DNA of 64,000 nt from Spirochaetota bacterium (lineage in GTDB: Bacteria > Spirochaetota > UBA4802 > UBA5550), in contig OY760686.1 in NCBI GenBank assembly GCA_963663865.1, forward strand, positions 2,368,001 through 2,432,000. The letters are read 5' to 3'. Under the pieces are notes generated by a model, which was given only the letters and a program-made list of their open reading frames with translations, ran no database searches and had not been told where the DNA came from. The translations under genes and the position numbers were made by a program. The first letter of the stretch is position 1; each line of letters starts with the position of its first letter. Shown here piece after piece: positions 18,918-28,614 of the stretch.

Positions 18918-20897
18918 TCAGTAGAATGTTACATACAGGTTGTAATCTCTGCAAACAACCCAAGGATAAACACCTACAGCATTCCATGCGTCACAAATAG
19001 CGAATCCAGTATTTACAAAAGTAGAAGTGTCCATTCCATTTCCATAATTGTATTCATCGCAAAGAGCCCAGAGCCATGCATTAGCTGAGTCGAGAAATGT
19101 CGCATCAGAAGATAAATAGTTGATTAAAGCGCTCATGGCTATTTTACCAGCTGCCTGAATACCTATACCGTTAACTGAGTAAGTAATTCCTGCTTCATTA
19201 GTCCCTGAGCCACCTTCGCTTAGCAGATAAAATGCATAGCTTTGGACCATTGACCTTGCATAATCTCCTGCTCCATAATTGTTAGTGAGGTTCCAGTTCT
19301 CTCCATTATAATAATCTAAACCGTAAATTCACGTTGCGATTTCAGACCCCTCTGGATTTCTCAAATCTCTTGAAGCTATTATTGAAATCCATGAGTCTTC
19401 ACCCAAATACCAGTCAAAATGTCCGGGAATAACATCAGGATATACTGAAGTTCCGTCTGGTTGATAATAGTTTTCAACTATAACGGAAAATATATCAGAG
19501 TAAGACTCATTTAGAGCCATTGACTCTGCATTGTAAACGTAAGTCAAGTTTGATGAAAAGTTTGTAATGGCATGACAAAATTCGTGAGCTACTACATCAA
19601 GAGTAGCTGTAGCTGCTCGGTCGGCAGTTGGCCTGTAAAAATAGAATGCACAAAATGGATACGGTTGAGTTCTTTCATAAAATCCACCAAAATTTGTATC
19701 GATATATTGTGTGTTAAGTTCTGAATCAATATATAATACTGCAGGACATGACACTTCTATTCCCAATTCTGAATCATAGTTGTTATTATTAAAACTATTT
19801 CTTCCTAAGACATCATGTGTGTATTGCATGACCCTGGTGATATTGTACGCTGCCGATACAGCTGAAGAGGAAATATTCGAATCCTCAAGTTCAGACTCTG
19901 TAAATGAAACAATATAACCTACAGATTTATAATCATTATAATTTGTGTAATTAGCATTTTCTGGAAATAAATCACATATTTTAATAATAAATCTTTTATA
20001 TGTATTAGAGCTGTTGGTTTGTAGATTTTGAAATATATACGACTCGGTTCCTTCAATAATATCATAGCAGTAACCACCTGAGCCCGTTATACCGTCATAA
20101 CCGAGTAGTGCGGGGAAACTGACTGTACTACTACTGTTTCTTTCACCTTCAAGAAGATAACCACTGGCGGTTATTGGTTCCGTGAAATATGCGACAGGAT
20201 CATCTTTCATTTCCGTTGCAATATATTTATTATCAACTTCAGAACCGTTTTGTGCATCTACATATAACAAACATGTTTTGTTTGGTTCAATTTCGGTATT
20301 TATGTAGTAAATTTCATGACACAACAACGCATTTTTGATTACAAGCCGAACGCTGTCTTTGTCTATATATGGGAATTCACTTTCATGGGTTTCCTCTACC
20401 AGAGAAATGGCCTCTTCAGCAGTTATACCAAGTTTGATTGAAAGTCCTTCAACTTCAAGCATTTTGCCATGAATAAAATACACTTCACCTTTAGGGCTTG
20501 TATGTTCTAACAGCTCTGCTCCAATAACTTCCAAGCCTTTATAGTACTGCTTGTATCTCTTATGAGTGATACCAATTGTATCAGTGTCGGAAGTCTTTTC
20601 AAGTGCTTCTGAATCAAACTGCTCCATCAGTTGCGGGATTGTTTCCTTGTCGAGCTCAAGGGCGTCTGTCGAATTTGAAGTCAATATGGCTTTGGCTGGT
20701 AATTTTGTTATTGCTGCTGACATGTCGCCTGATCTGATAAATATCTCTGAAAGACCATTGGTGTTAATTGCAGATTTTTTGGCTGTTTCCACTCTGCTGC
20801 TACACGAAGTTGAAATTGCTGTTAATAAAAGAATAATAGAAATGAACGAAAAACGAAGAATTGGGAATCGGGAATCATAAAAACCTCCATAAGGCAT
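18918..20897 (-). pseudogene. Second M4 (thermolysin-family) metallopeptidase lipoprotein, interrupted by one in-frame TGA at 19329-19331
   Basis: ORFs 19329..20897 and 18918..19250 share a frame: HEFCH...ALNESYSDIF...RDLRNPEGSEIAT*IYGLDYYNGENW...DYARSMVQSYAFYLLSEGG...GIG...AWNAVGV. Confidence 0.85.
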
Positions 20898-21149
20898 TAT
20901 TTTTTATATAAATAAATATATGTTTTCAAAGGTGAAGTCAAGGGAAATTTAAGCATAAATCTCACAGTTACAGCAGAAATACACTGCAAAACTTATAAAT
21001 CTGAAAGATTTTAGGTTTATTTCATAAACCTTTTTGTATACTTTCCTAATTAGTATTATATATTATCTTGACATTTTATAGCACCTCTTGACTATATGAC
21101 ATGATCATGAATATTTATATAACTATCTACTTTTCCGGAGGCTTGATAA

Positions 21150-21551
21150 ATGGCATTTATTGAATGGACAGATGAACTTAGTGTAGGAGTGGACATCTTT
21201 GACAACGATCACAGGGAGCTGGTTGCCATTGCAAACAGACTGCATGACGGCATAACAATGGGGTACCAGCAAAATGTCCTCATCCCCACCCTTTATGACT
21301 TGCTCAAATACACCCTGTACCATTTCAGCCGTGAAGAGGGCTTCATGCTTCAGTACTCGTATCCTGACTATGAAGCGCACAGAGAAGAACACGAGAGGCT
21401 TCTCAAGTCAGTCCAGGACTACTACGACCAGGCAAAATCCGGCCAGAATTCAATAACACTGAGCCTCATGGGCTTCCTCAGGGACTGGCTCATCAACCAT
21501 ATTATGGGAAGCGACAGGGATTACCGCGAGTTCTTCAATGGCAAGATTTAG
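21150..21551 (+). CDS. Bacteriohemerythrin
   Basis: FIEW...SVG...D.DH, HFSREE, H.EEH, WLINHI..SD di-iron ligand pattern. Confidence 0.92.
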   Translation: MAFIEWTDELSVGVDIFDNDHRELVAIANRLHDGITMGYQQNVLIPTLYDLLKYTLYHFSREEGFMLQYSYPDYEAHREEHERLLKSVQDYYDQAKSGQNSITLSLMGFLRDWLINHIMGSDRDYREFFNGKI

Positions 21552-21560
21552 CACTCTTGC

Positions 21561-22934
21561 CTAAATCGAAGAATCTACCTCTTCAACCTCGTAGGGATTT
21601 ACCGCCCCTGACGCGCAAAGATATTCCATAAAAATTCTGAAAAGCACAGGGTCAATTTTCAGAACAGATGATATGTGCTCCTTTTTCATCACCTTAATGA
21701 CTTCAAATGGAGCCTTTGATTTCCCGAACGCCATGGCATCAAAGATATCGGCGATCTCAAGGATTTTAACAGGGAAGAAGGACAGCGAGTCTCCCTCGAT
21801 AAAATCATCCTTGCTGTAGCTTATAAAGTAGGATATATTGTTGTGATCCACTTTTTTGCCGCTTAATCTCGACACAATCGGACAGGTGAAATTATAACTC
21901 CCTCTGCCGCTGTAGTATTCATGGTGCAGCGCGGTCATGGCAAGCACCTCAAACGGGTACTTCTGAGTTCTGATTATCATATTGTAGCCGTTAAGAACGT
22001 GTTTCTTAACCTCCCCTGGGTCAAAGGGATCGGTGCCGTCATGATAATCGATATTGCTTATCTTGCCTATATCGAATAGGAGCGCGCCAAGAGCATAGTC
22101 TACAAGCTCTTTCTCCTTATCAATGCGCCTGATGCCGCCCTTGAAGATTCTTTCTATGCTGATTGAGGTATCAGGAAGACGCTTTCTGTAATACCGCAGA
22201 TATCTTTCCCTGAACACCGCCCTTATCTGCCTCGTAAACAATCCCCTGTCAATGTAGTCGTTGAAAAACACGCAGAACGAAATGAACATTACAAACACCC
22301 TGGATATGTGGTTCATTGTCTTCGAACCCGTATCAATTTTTTCCAGGAGCCTGTAGCTTCCGAATATGTCTTCCGGATTTTCAAGCAGGCCGATGATTAC
22401 TTTAACAATCCAATTCGTTTTAACAATTATACCGGAAATATTATCTCTGACGTTTTCTGAACCTGAACTGTCGACAAGACCGGCATTGTTGGCGTAAAAA
22501 GTCCGGCAAATTACATCTATCATCTTCACAACCAGATCGATATTAAGCTCTTTCGACCCCTTGCTCAGTCCTTCAATGCATTCATCAAGCAGCTCCTCCC
22601 TTTCGATAACTGTGAGCTTGTTAAATTTTTCGACCTGCTGCTTGATTTCGCCGTAATCCTTGAGATGCTTCAGCAAGACGCCCTCTCTGTCAAAGCTCCC
22701 TGACCGGGACATAGTTCCTTCTCTGGCTTTTTCGAGCTTCCCTTTCTCCATATAAAACCTGTAACCGGCAGTATCTTCCTCATTAATAAAGCGGGACAGA
22801 TTCTCAATCGGGATGATTACCATCTGCCCTTCGCTGTTTCTTCTCCAGACCGGGAGCTTGTCCCTGAGAATAATATCAACATCTTCCTTCAAGGCTTCAA
22901 GACTTAGCTCTTTTACTTCCTTTTTGCCGTTCAT
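21561..22934 (-). CDS. HD/HD-GYP-like domain protein with degenerate motifs
   Basis: LFDIGK (HD reads FD), KKHV..G, HHEYY, IADIFDAM, IDP; no intact GYP motif. Confidence 0.7.
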   Translation of the reverse strand: MNGKKEVKELSLEALKEDVDIILRDKLPVWRRNSEGQMVIIPIENLSRFINEEDTAGYRFYMEKGKLEKAREGTMSRSGSFDREGVLLKHLKDYGEIKQQVEKFNKLTVIEREELLDECIEGLSKGSKELNIDLVVKMIDVICRTFYANNAGLVDSSGSENVRDNISGIIVKTNWIVKVIIGLLENPEDIFGSYRLLEKIDTGSKTMNHISRVFVMFISFCVFFNDYIDRGLFTRQIRAVFRERYLRYYRKRLPDTSISIERIFKGGIRRIDKEKELVDYALGALLFDIGKISNIDYHDGTDPFDPGEVKKHVLNGYNMIIRTQKYPFEVLAMTALHHEYYSGRGSYNFTCPIVSRLSGKKVDHNNISYFISYSKDDFIEGDSLSFFPVKILEIADIFDAMAFGKSKAPFEVIKVMKKEHISSVLKIDPVLFRIFMEYLCASGAVNPYEVEEVDSSI

Positions 22935-23056
22935 ATTGTTTCCATTTCCGGGTATAGTCTACGCCTATATTTTCGGCATTGCCTCACCCATAAGTTAACT
23001 CTCAATATTTTTAAGGATATCAACCCCCTGAATTATTCAGCGAAACAGCAACTATC

Positions 23057-23085
23057 TTGACAATTTCAGGATTAATTATTATGAT
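23057..23085 (+). promoter_or_regulatory. Near-consensus sigma70 promoter of the GGDEF-EAL gene
   Basis: TTGACA-N17-TATGAT. Confidence 0.7.
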
Positions 23086-23157
23086 TATTGTTCTCAGTCC
23101 GCCTTAAAGACGGACGATAACTGCGTTGCTGCGTAACAGGCTTTCAGCCATATCATC

Positions 23158-25281
23158 ATGGCCACGGGTGAAACAAGTACTGTTTTGCGCCGAAGCTGCC
23201 GCGGCACAGCAAACAGGACTGAACAGATGCCAGGAACCGGGGCCATTCCCTTTACATATCTCTCTCTTTCACAGCTTTTTACAGGAATAGCCCTGTTTGG
23301 ATTTGTGCGTCTTATTTACATATACCATAAAACCCGTGACCGGCTTATCCTTACTCACACACTGATAAACGCTTCATTTTTCATCTACATGCTGAGCGAC
23401 AGCATCTCGCTGATTATGCTCCTTAATGATAACTATTGCGTGCATCTCGTACTGACAAGAAAGCTGATGTTGACAGCCTTCCCGGCGGCTGCGGCAATTC
23501 TGGTCCATCAGTCCATAGCGCTGTCTCCCATGATAAAAAGAATCAATATTATCCTGTTGATTGCTGCCGGTTTCCTTTTCGCGGCATTCACGGCTATTGG
23601 TCTGATATCACCCGGCCTGATTACGGGTGCTTCCTCCGCCGCTGACAATTTAATGGAAGCGGCTCCCGCCCTCCATCAGGCAACGCCTCTTTTTCTGTTC
23701 ATGATTTCGACAGTAACTCTTTATCTGTTTTACACTGCAGGTGTATTTTCCTATGCGGCGGCCGCCGGCATTACCCATGCTGATCAAAAAAAGTTCATCT
23801 ATTCACTTTACACTCTCGTCTACTTTGCCCTGACAGGCATGTTTATTCTGCTTTTCTTCAGCAGCAGCTCTTTCTTTTTAAGCTCCTATTACCCACATAC
23901 AAGCGCCGGCATGGCAGCGTTTATTATAATCAACTCTTTCGGCTTGACAGATATCTACATGGATAACGCGCGCCAGCTTGAGAAGGTTAAAATAAATTAT
24001 GAAAAGAACCTGTACAGTGACCGCCTTACAGGGCTGAATAACCGCGGCAAATTTTTAGCTGATATGAAGAGGCTCCTTCCAGCCCTGCAGGAGAAAAATG
24101 AAACCTCAACTCTTTTCTTTCTCGACATAGATAACTTTCAGGACATAAACGAATCCTTTGGGGAACACACCGGCGATGAGCTTCTGAAGGCATTCAGCAG
24201 GCGTATCTCCGGCCGCGGAGGGCGTGGGGCCGAGTTATACAGAATAGGCGGTGATGACTTCGTCCTTCTCATCAGGCATTATATTTCAGCACAGGACGCC
24301 GTCTCTCTGGCAAACGGAATTATCGCTTCGCTCAGGAACCCATTTCTGTTCTCAGGGATGTCTTATATGGTAACCTCCAGCATCGCCATTATGCATATTC
24401 CTCGGGACGGCGACACGCCTGACAGGATATTGCAAAACGCCTACAGTGTGCTTCGGCAGGCAAAGCGTCACAAGAACACCTATCTCGAATTCAACAGCGG
24501 CACACTCCATTCCACGTCTGAAAGAATCAGGGCGGTAAATATTCTCCGGTCAAGCATTGCGGAGGACCGCTTCGCGCTGCACTATCAGGCCATCGTTGAC
24601 AGCTCCGGAAAGCCCTTCTACGCCGAAACACTGCTCAGGTGCACAAATCCCGATCCATCAATTGGCGGGCCCGGGAGCTTTATTCCTCTCCTCGAAAAGG
24701 CCGGACTAATGAAGGAAGTGGACAACATGGTCCTCAGAAAGGCATTCTACGACCTTGAGATGAGGCTGAAAAAGAGAATCGGCATAAGTATAAACCTCTC
24801 ATCAAGTCAGCTTGTCGACCCTGAATACTGTGTTTTCATAAGCGACTTCGCAGCACAGCATGGCATCAGCACAGAGCTGATTGTTCTTGAAGTCGTCGAA
24901 AATACGCTGATCGAAAACCTGACCGCCGGCAGGGATAACATCAGAACGCTGAAAGAAATGGGTTTCAGAATAGCCATAGATGATTTCGGCAAAGGCTTTT
25001 CATCGCTCTCCTATCTTTCCGAGCTCCCGGTAGACATACTTAAGCTTGATATGGATTTCACGAGATCAATTCCAGGCGACCCGAGAAACGCTCAAATCTC
25101 GGAGCATATTGTCCGCCTTGCTCACTCTCTCGGGTTGACGGTTGTAATTGAGGGCGTCGAACACCAGGAGCAGCTTGATTTCTTCAGCAGGCTGGGATGC
25201 GACCACTTCCAGGGATACCTCTTTTCGAGACCCCTGCCAATCCAGGACTTTATCGGGAAATACCTGATTGCCTCGTCATGA
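23158..25281 (+). CDS. Membrane-bound GGDEF-EAL protein (start possibly ATG 23227)
   Basis: About 7 TM segments, DRLTGL.NR, GGDDF, ETLLR, IAIDDFGKGFSSL, QGYLFS. Confidence 0.9.
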   Translation: MATGETSTVLRRSCRGTANRTEQMPGTGAIPFTYLSLSQLFTGIALFGFVRLIYIYHKTRDRLILTHTLINASFFIYMLSDSISLIMLLNDNYCVHLVLTRKLMLTAFPAAAAILVHQSIALSPMIKRINIILLIAAGFLFAAFTAIGLISPGLITGASSAADNLMEAAPALHQATPLFLFMISTVTLYLFYTAGVFSYAAAAGITHADQKKFIYSLYTLVYFALTGMFILLFFSSSSFFLSSYYPHTSAGMAAFIIINSFGLTDIYMDNARQLEKVKINYEKNLYSDRLTGLNNRGKFLADMKRLLPALQEKNETSTLFFLDIDNFQDINESFGEHTGDELLKAFSRRISGRGGRGAELYRIGGDDFVLLIRHYISAQDAVSLANGIIASLRNPFLFSGMSYMVTSSIAIMHIPRDGDTPDRILQNAYSVLRQAKRHKNTYLEFNSGTLHSTSERIRAVNILRSSIAEDRFALHYQAIVDSSGKPFYAETLLRCTNPDPSIGGPGSFIPLLEKAGLMKEVDNMVLRKAFYDLEMRLKKRIGISINLSSSQLVDPEYCVFISDFAAQHGISTELIVLEVVENTLIENLTAGRDNIRTLKEMGFRIAIDDFGKGFSSLSYLSELPVDILKLDMDFTRSIPGDPRNAQISEHIVRLAHSLGLTVVIEGVEHQEQLDFFSRLGCDHFQGYLFSRPLPIQDFIGKYLIASS

Positions 25282-25307
25282 TATTAGGAGAGCGGAAAGC
25301 AGATTCT

Positions 25308-26474
25308 TCAATCCACAGATATTCCGGTAACCACGCTGTCAGTTTCAACAAAAAGCTCAACCCCGGAATTCTGTGAGTCAAGCTCAGCTCTGTAAATAGC
25401 TTTATCTGAAGTCCAGTAAATCTTTCGTTCATCGGTATCAATCGCGATCTTATTAATATTGAATTCCGGTTCCGCTTCGACATGGACCTCTTTTGATGAA
25501 AAATCGTATGGAGTACGATAAATGTAAGACTTCGATGCATCCTCCATCACGTAGTAAACATAGCCTCCTTGCGGGTCAACAGCTATGTCCCTGTATGGAA
25601 CAGCATTTACACCTGTCGGCCCCGTCCCTTCAGAGAGAACTGAATGGCTGTTAACAGATCCCGACATCCCGGAATAGAGAGCTCCCTGGTTTCCGCCTCC
25701 AAGCGATAAACCGTTCGCGTAATACCAGTTAATCGAAAAATACAGGGTTCCACCGGATTTGTCCGCGCATATCGAATACGTATAGTAGTACGGAAGATTG
25801 TTAAACAGCAAGGACGGAGAGAGAACATCTCCAGATATTTGCGCTCTCTGAATGGTATTCAGCGATGCCGTATTATTGAACTCGTTCCAATAGAGAAATC
25901 CGGCCGTGCCATCAACCGCTATCGCCGTAGGGCCGCTGTTGTTACTTTCACTCGACTGGCTGTATAGCGACACCGCACCGCTTCCGTCATAAGCCGAGCG
26001 TAATATGCTGTAAAGAGCATCGTCAGCATCCGTATCGACCATCTCTATCCAGTAGATGTGCCTATTGACAGTATCAATATCCATATCTAAAACCATGTTG
26101 CCGCGTTCTGCAAGAACAGTCTGAGCTGTGAGGTCTGATTTAATCACAGAAATTCTTCCCGAGAAATCGGTCCAGTAAATAGAGGAAAGTCCATCATCGT
26201 CGTCCACCGGTGTGTCATCGTCATCAGTCGGCGTATCGTCGTCGTCAACCGGTGTGTCGTCATCGTCATCAATCGGAGTATCGTCATCGTCATCAGTCGG
26301 TGTATCATCGTCGTCTGGAACAGTGTCAGGGCCGTCAGGATTCACGCTTCCATCATCCTGCCGATCTGAGTTTAAAAGCACTTTAAAATCAGAGTTACAG
26401 CCCATAGGCTGGATAAGTAGAACCGCCATGAATACAATATATAATGCCGCATATAATAAATTGATTAACTTCAC
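25308..26474 (-). CDS. Lipoprotein with Asp-rich repeat linker and YWTD/LDL-receptor-class-B-like beta-propeller
   Basis: PMG-C lipobox; (D4-5)TP repeats; IYWTD, IYWIE, LYWNE, IYWTS blades. Confidence 0.75.
   Translation of the reverse strand: MKLINLLYAALYIVFMAVLLIQPMGCNSDFKVLLNSDRQDDGSVNPDGPDTVPDDDDTPTDDDDDTPIDDDDDTPVDDDDTPTDDDDTPVDDDDGLSSIYWTDFSGRISVIKSDLTAQTVLAERGNMVLDMDIDTVNRHIYWIEMVDTDADDALYSILRSAYDGSGAVSLYSQSSESNNSGPTAIAVDGTAGFLYWNEFNNTASLNTIQRAQISGDVLSPSLLFNNLPYYYTYSICADKSGGTLYFSINWYYANGLSLGGGNQGALYSGMSGSVNSHSVLSEGTGPTGVNAVPYRDIAVDPQGGYVYYVMEDASKSYIYRTPYDFSSKEVHVEAEPEFNINKIAIDTDERKIYWTSDKAIYRAELDSQNSGVELFVETDSVVTGISVD
26191..26318 (-). repeat. Coding tandem repeat DDDD(D)TP(T/I/V), about 6 units of 21-24 bp
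   Basis: PDDDDTPTDDDDDTPIDDDDDTPVDDDDTPTDDDDTPVDDDDG with synonymous codon variation. Confidence 0.9.
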
Positions 26475-26510
26475 TAAAAAATCCTCTGTTCAACCCTTCC
26501 GGGGAAAAGC

Positions 26511-27338
26511 TTATATCCTGACGCCGGCCCCGAGCGCAAGCCCGACTCCGTAGAGCGGTGCGTCAGAATCTACAGTATAATCAATTTTAACCCGAAAGGA
26601 AACAACTGAGTTATAAAGATTCAGCATCGGGCCGGCATAAGCGCCGCATGACATTTTGAATGAATTGAGCGATGTGCCCGATGTCTCAACGGAGTAAAGC
26701 CCTCCGCCGGCATACGCCGAGAAGTCCAGGGCAGCAGAATCCGTCAGGCGCAAACTCCATACAGGGCCGGCCGTAAGAGCAAAGCCCGTAAGCTTTCTGC
26801 CGTCTCTGCTGAAGTGCCTGTACGACACACCTCCCTCAAGCCCGTCCGAGAACAGAACCTTAGCCTCAGCTCTCGCAGTCAGCTGCCCTTCCAGGCCGTA
26901 AGGAAGCCTTGACCCCAGATCGCCTGTCACCTTGACCAGGGAGCAATGAGCTGATATAACATAGCCGTCTAAATCAGATACCGATTTCGCAGCCGGTTTT
27001 TTGCGGCGGAAATCAGCCGTTCCAGCCTCATAATTACGTCTAACGCTCTCGCTGCTGAAGTTTTTCCCGAGGCCCTTAAGAACCCTCAGATCTGCTTCAG
27101 GATTGTCAGTAACGCTGAGGCTTCTAATCTGTGCATACTTAATGGTGAACTCGCCATGAGCGTTTTTTAATATGAGATAATCCGGCTTTTTGTTCTTAAC
27201 TATTTTGCCGTTCAGGACCATCCCATCACGCGTGACCAGAACATCTGCCCGGCCAATGGAGATCAGCATGCACACGGCCATGAAGCCGGCAGCAATTCTT
27301 GAAATATTCATTCTATTCGTCTTTGATCTTCTGAACAA
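26511..27338 (-). CDS. Putative small outer-membrane beta-barrel with an N-terminal 'TRDG..L.GKI' beta-domain
   Basis: Signal peptide, then DVLVTRDGMVLNGKIV; Gly/aromatic alternating strands to the C-terminus. Confidence 0.6.
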   Translation of the reverse strand: MFRRSKTNRMNISRIAAGFMAVCMLISIGRADVLVTRDGMVLNGKIVKNKKPDYLILKNAHGEFTIKYAQIRSLSVTDNPEADLRVLKGLGKNFSSESVRRNYEAGTADFRRKKPAAKSVSDLDGYVISAHCSLVKVTGDLGSRLPYGLEGQLTARAEAKVLFSDGLEGGVSYRHFSRDGRKLTGFALTAGPVWSLRLTDSAALDFSAYAGGGLYSVETSGTSLNSFKMSCGAYAGPMLNLYNSVVSFRVKIDYTVDSDAPLYGVGLALGAGVRI

Positions 27339-28614
27339 GCTCCCTCTTTATATCTATAAGCCCAATACTCGTCTCTATGGATATTGTGTCATCATCTTTT
27401 TTTACTATTCTGCCTTTGAAGGTGTTGCCGTCGCGCGTAACAACAGTGACATATCTTACAACTTCAGACCTGCGCAATTGAATCACATCACTGACAGCTT
27501 TTTCCATGTTTTCCGGTGTTTTGACACTCAGGGCCTCATCCCCCGTCTTTTCCGGCTCAGGCAGCCCGGCTTCCTTTTGCTTTTCTATCATGCTGCCAAG
27601 CACCGGGTCTTTGAGGGTTTCGTTCAGCCTTACCGAAGTCTCAAGTAGCTCCCGCGAATTTCCGGCGCTGCTTGCAATCATGAAAAGCTTTCTGTTCGCG
27701 TACCTGGCGTATGGCGACATCGGCGAGGATGTTATGACGCTGAGATACTCTTCGGCAGCCTTCTGAGGCTTTCCCATCCCACTGTAGCACCTGGCCCTGT
27801 AGTACTTGAGGCTCGCTCTGTGTAACTCCGGAACGCTGGACTCCATGCTGTCAATAATATCAAGCGCCGCTCCGTAAGCGAAAAGCTCAACAAGCTTGCG
27901 GCTCTTCCAGAGACCGTCTTTTCCCCCGCTCAGGATTCTCCTCTCTGTTTCGGAAAACCCTCTGAGGTATTTCAAGAGGATGGAGGCTGTTACAGAGCTG
28001 TTCGCCTGAGGGTATTCCGATATGACCTTTCTGTAGTTCCGCTCAGCATTCGCCGTTTTTCCGGACAGCGCGTAGCAGTAACCCTGCCTCAGCAGCACGC
28101 CCGCCCTGACAGCGCCGCTGACTTCTCTCAGCTCGAGAGCCCTGGCATACGACGCTGCTGCTTTCCCGAACATGAAGTTTCTCTCCTGGTAATACGCGAG
28201 ATCAAGCTCCCTGACATTGGCGCTGCTGACCGCGCCGAGTTCGACAGGCGGTTTCCCTAATATCATGCGGTTGAAGTTCATAAGCGCGAGGGCCGGCACC
28301 TCAAGAACGCTAACCGGAGCCTGACCTTTAGCCCGTGTGCCGCCGTCGGCTTCAGCTGTCTGAAGTGCGAGGCTGTGTTCGAGCGAATCAGCCTCATCCC
28401 GGGTCAGCCTCTCCTCGTATATCTTCCTGTGAATTTCGTATGTAGCTATCAGCGAGATGTGATCAACGCTTCTTTCGAGATCGTCAGCCCCTTGAAGAAG
28501 AGCAGACATGTTCCGAAATCTAATGGAAACTGCGGCACTGTTCAGCATCTGCAAAAAACCCGCGGCTGCAACTGCAAGAAATAATATCGTAAAATTTACA
28601 ACTGTCGTTTTCAC
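27313..28614 (-). CDS. TPR-like repeat protein with a C-terminal 'TRDG..F.GRI' beta-domain
   Basis: N-terminal signal/TM; TPR-like helices (GYCYALSG...Y.KVISEYP, ARCYSGMG...Y..VITSSP); GTG start overlaps the upstream TGA. Confidence 0.7.
   Translation of the reverse strand: MKTTVVNFTILFLAVAAAGFLQMLNSAAVSIRFRNMSALLQGADDLERSVDHISLIATYEIHRKIYEERLTRDEADSLEHSLALQTAEADGGTRAKGQAPVSVLEVPALALMNFNRMILGKPPVELGAVSSANVRELDLAYYQERNFMFGKAAASYARALELREVSGAVRAGVLLRQGYCYALSGKTANAERNYRKVISEYPQANSSVTASILLKYLRGFSETERRILSGGKDGLWKSRKLVELFAYGAALDIIDSMESSVPELHRASLKYYRARCYSGMGKPQKAAEEYLSVITSSPMSPYARYANRKLFMIASSAGNSRELLETSVRLNETLKDPVLGSMIEKQKEAGLPEPEKTGDEALSVKTPENMEKAVSDVIQLRRSEVVRYVTVVTRDGNTFKGRIVKKDDDTISIETSIGLIDIKRELVQKIKDE

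Noticed and set aside
2070-19331. Genome-wide stop-codon reassignment as the explanation for the in-frame stops
   Set aside because: The two stops differ (TAA, TGA) and both terminate full-length housekeeping genes here (ptsP TAA; hisS and ppc TGA)
19280-19331. Selenocysteine codon
   Set aside because: No obvious SECIS hairpin after the TGA and no aligned Cys in the paralog; not formally excluded
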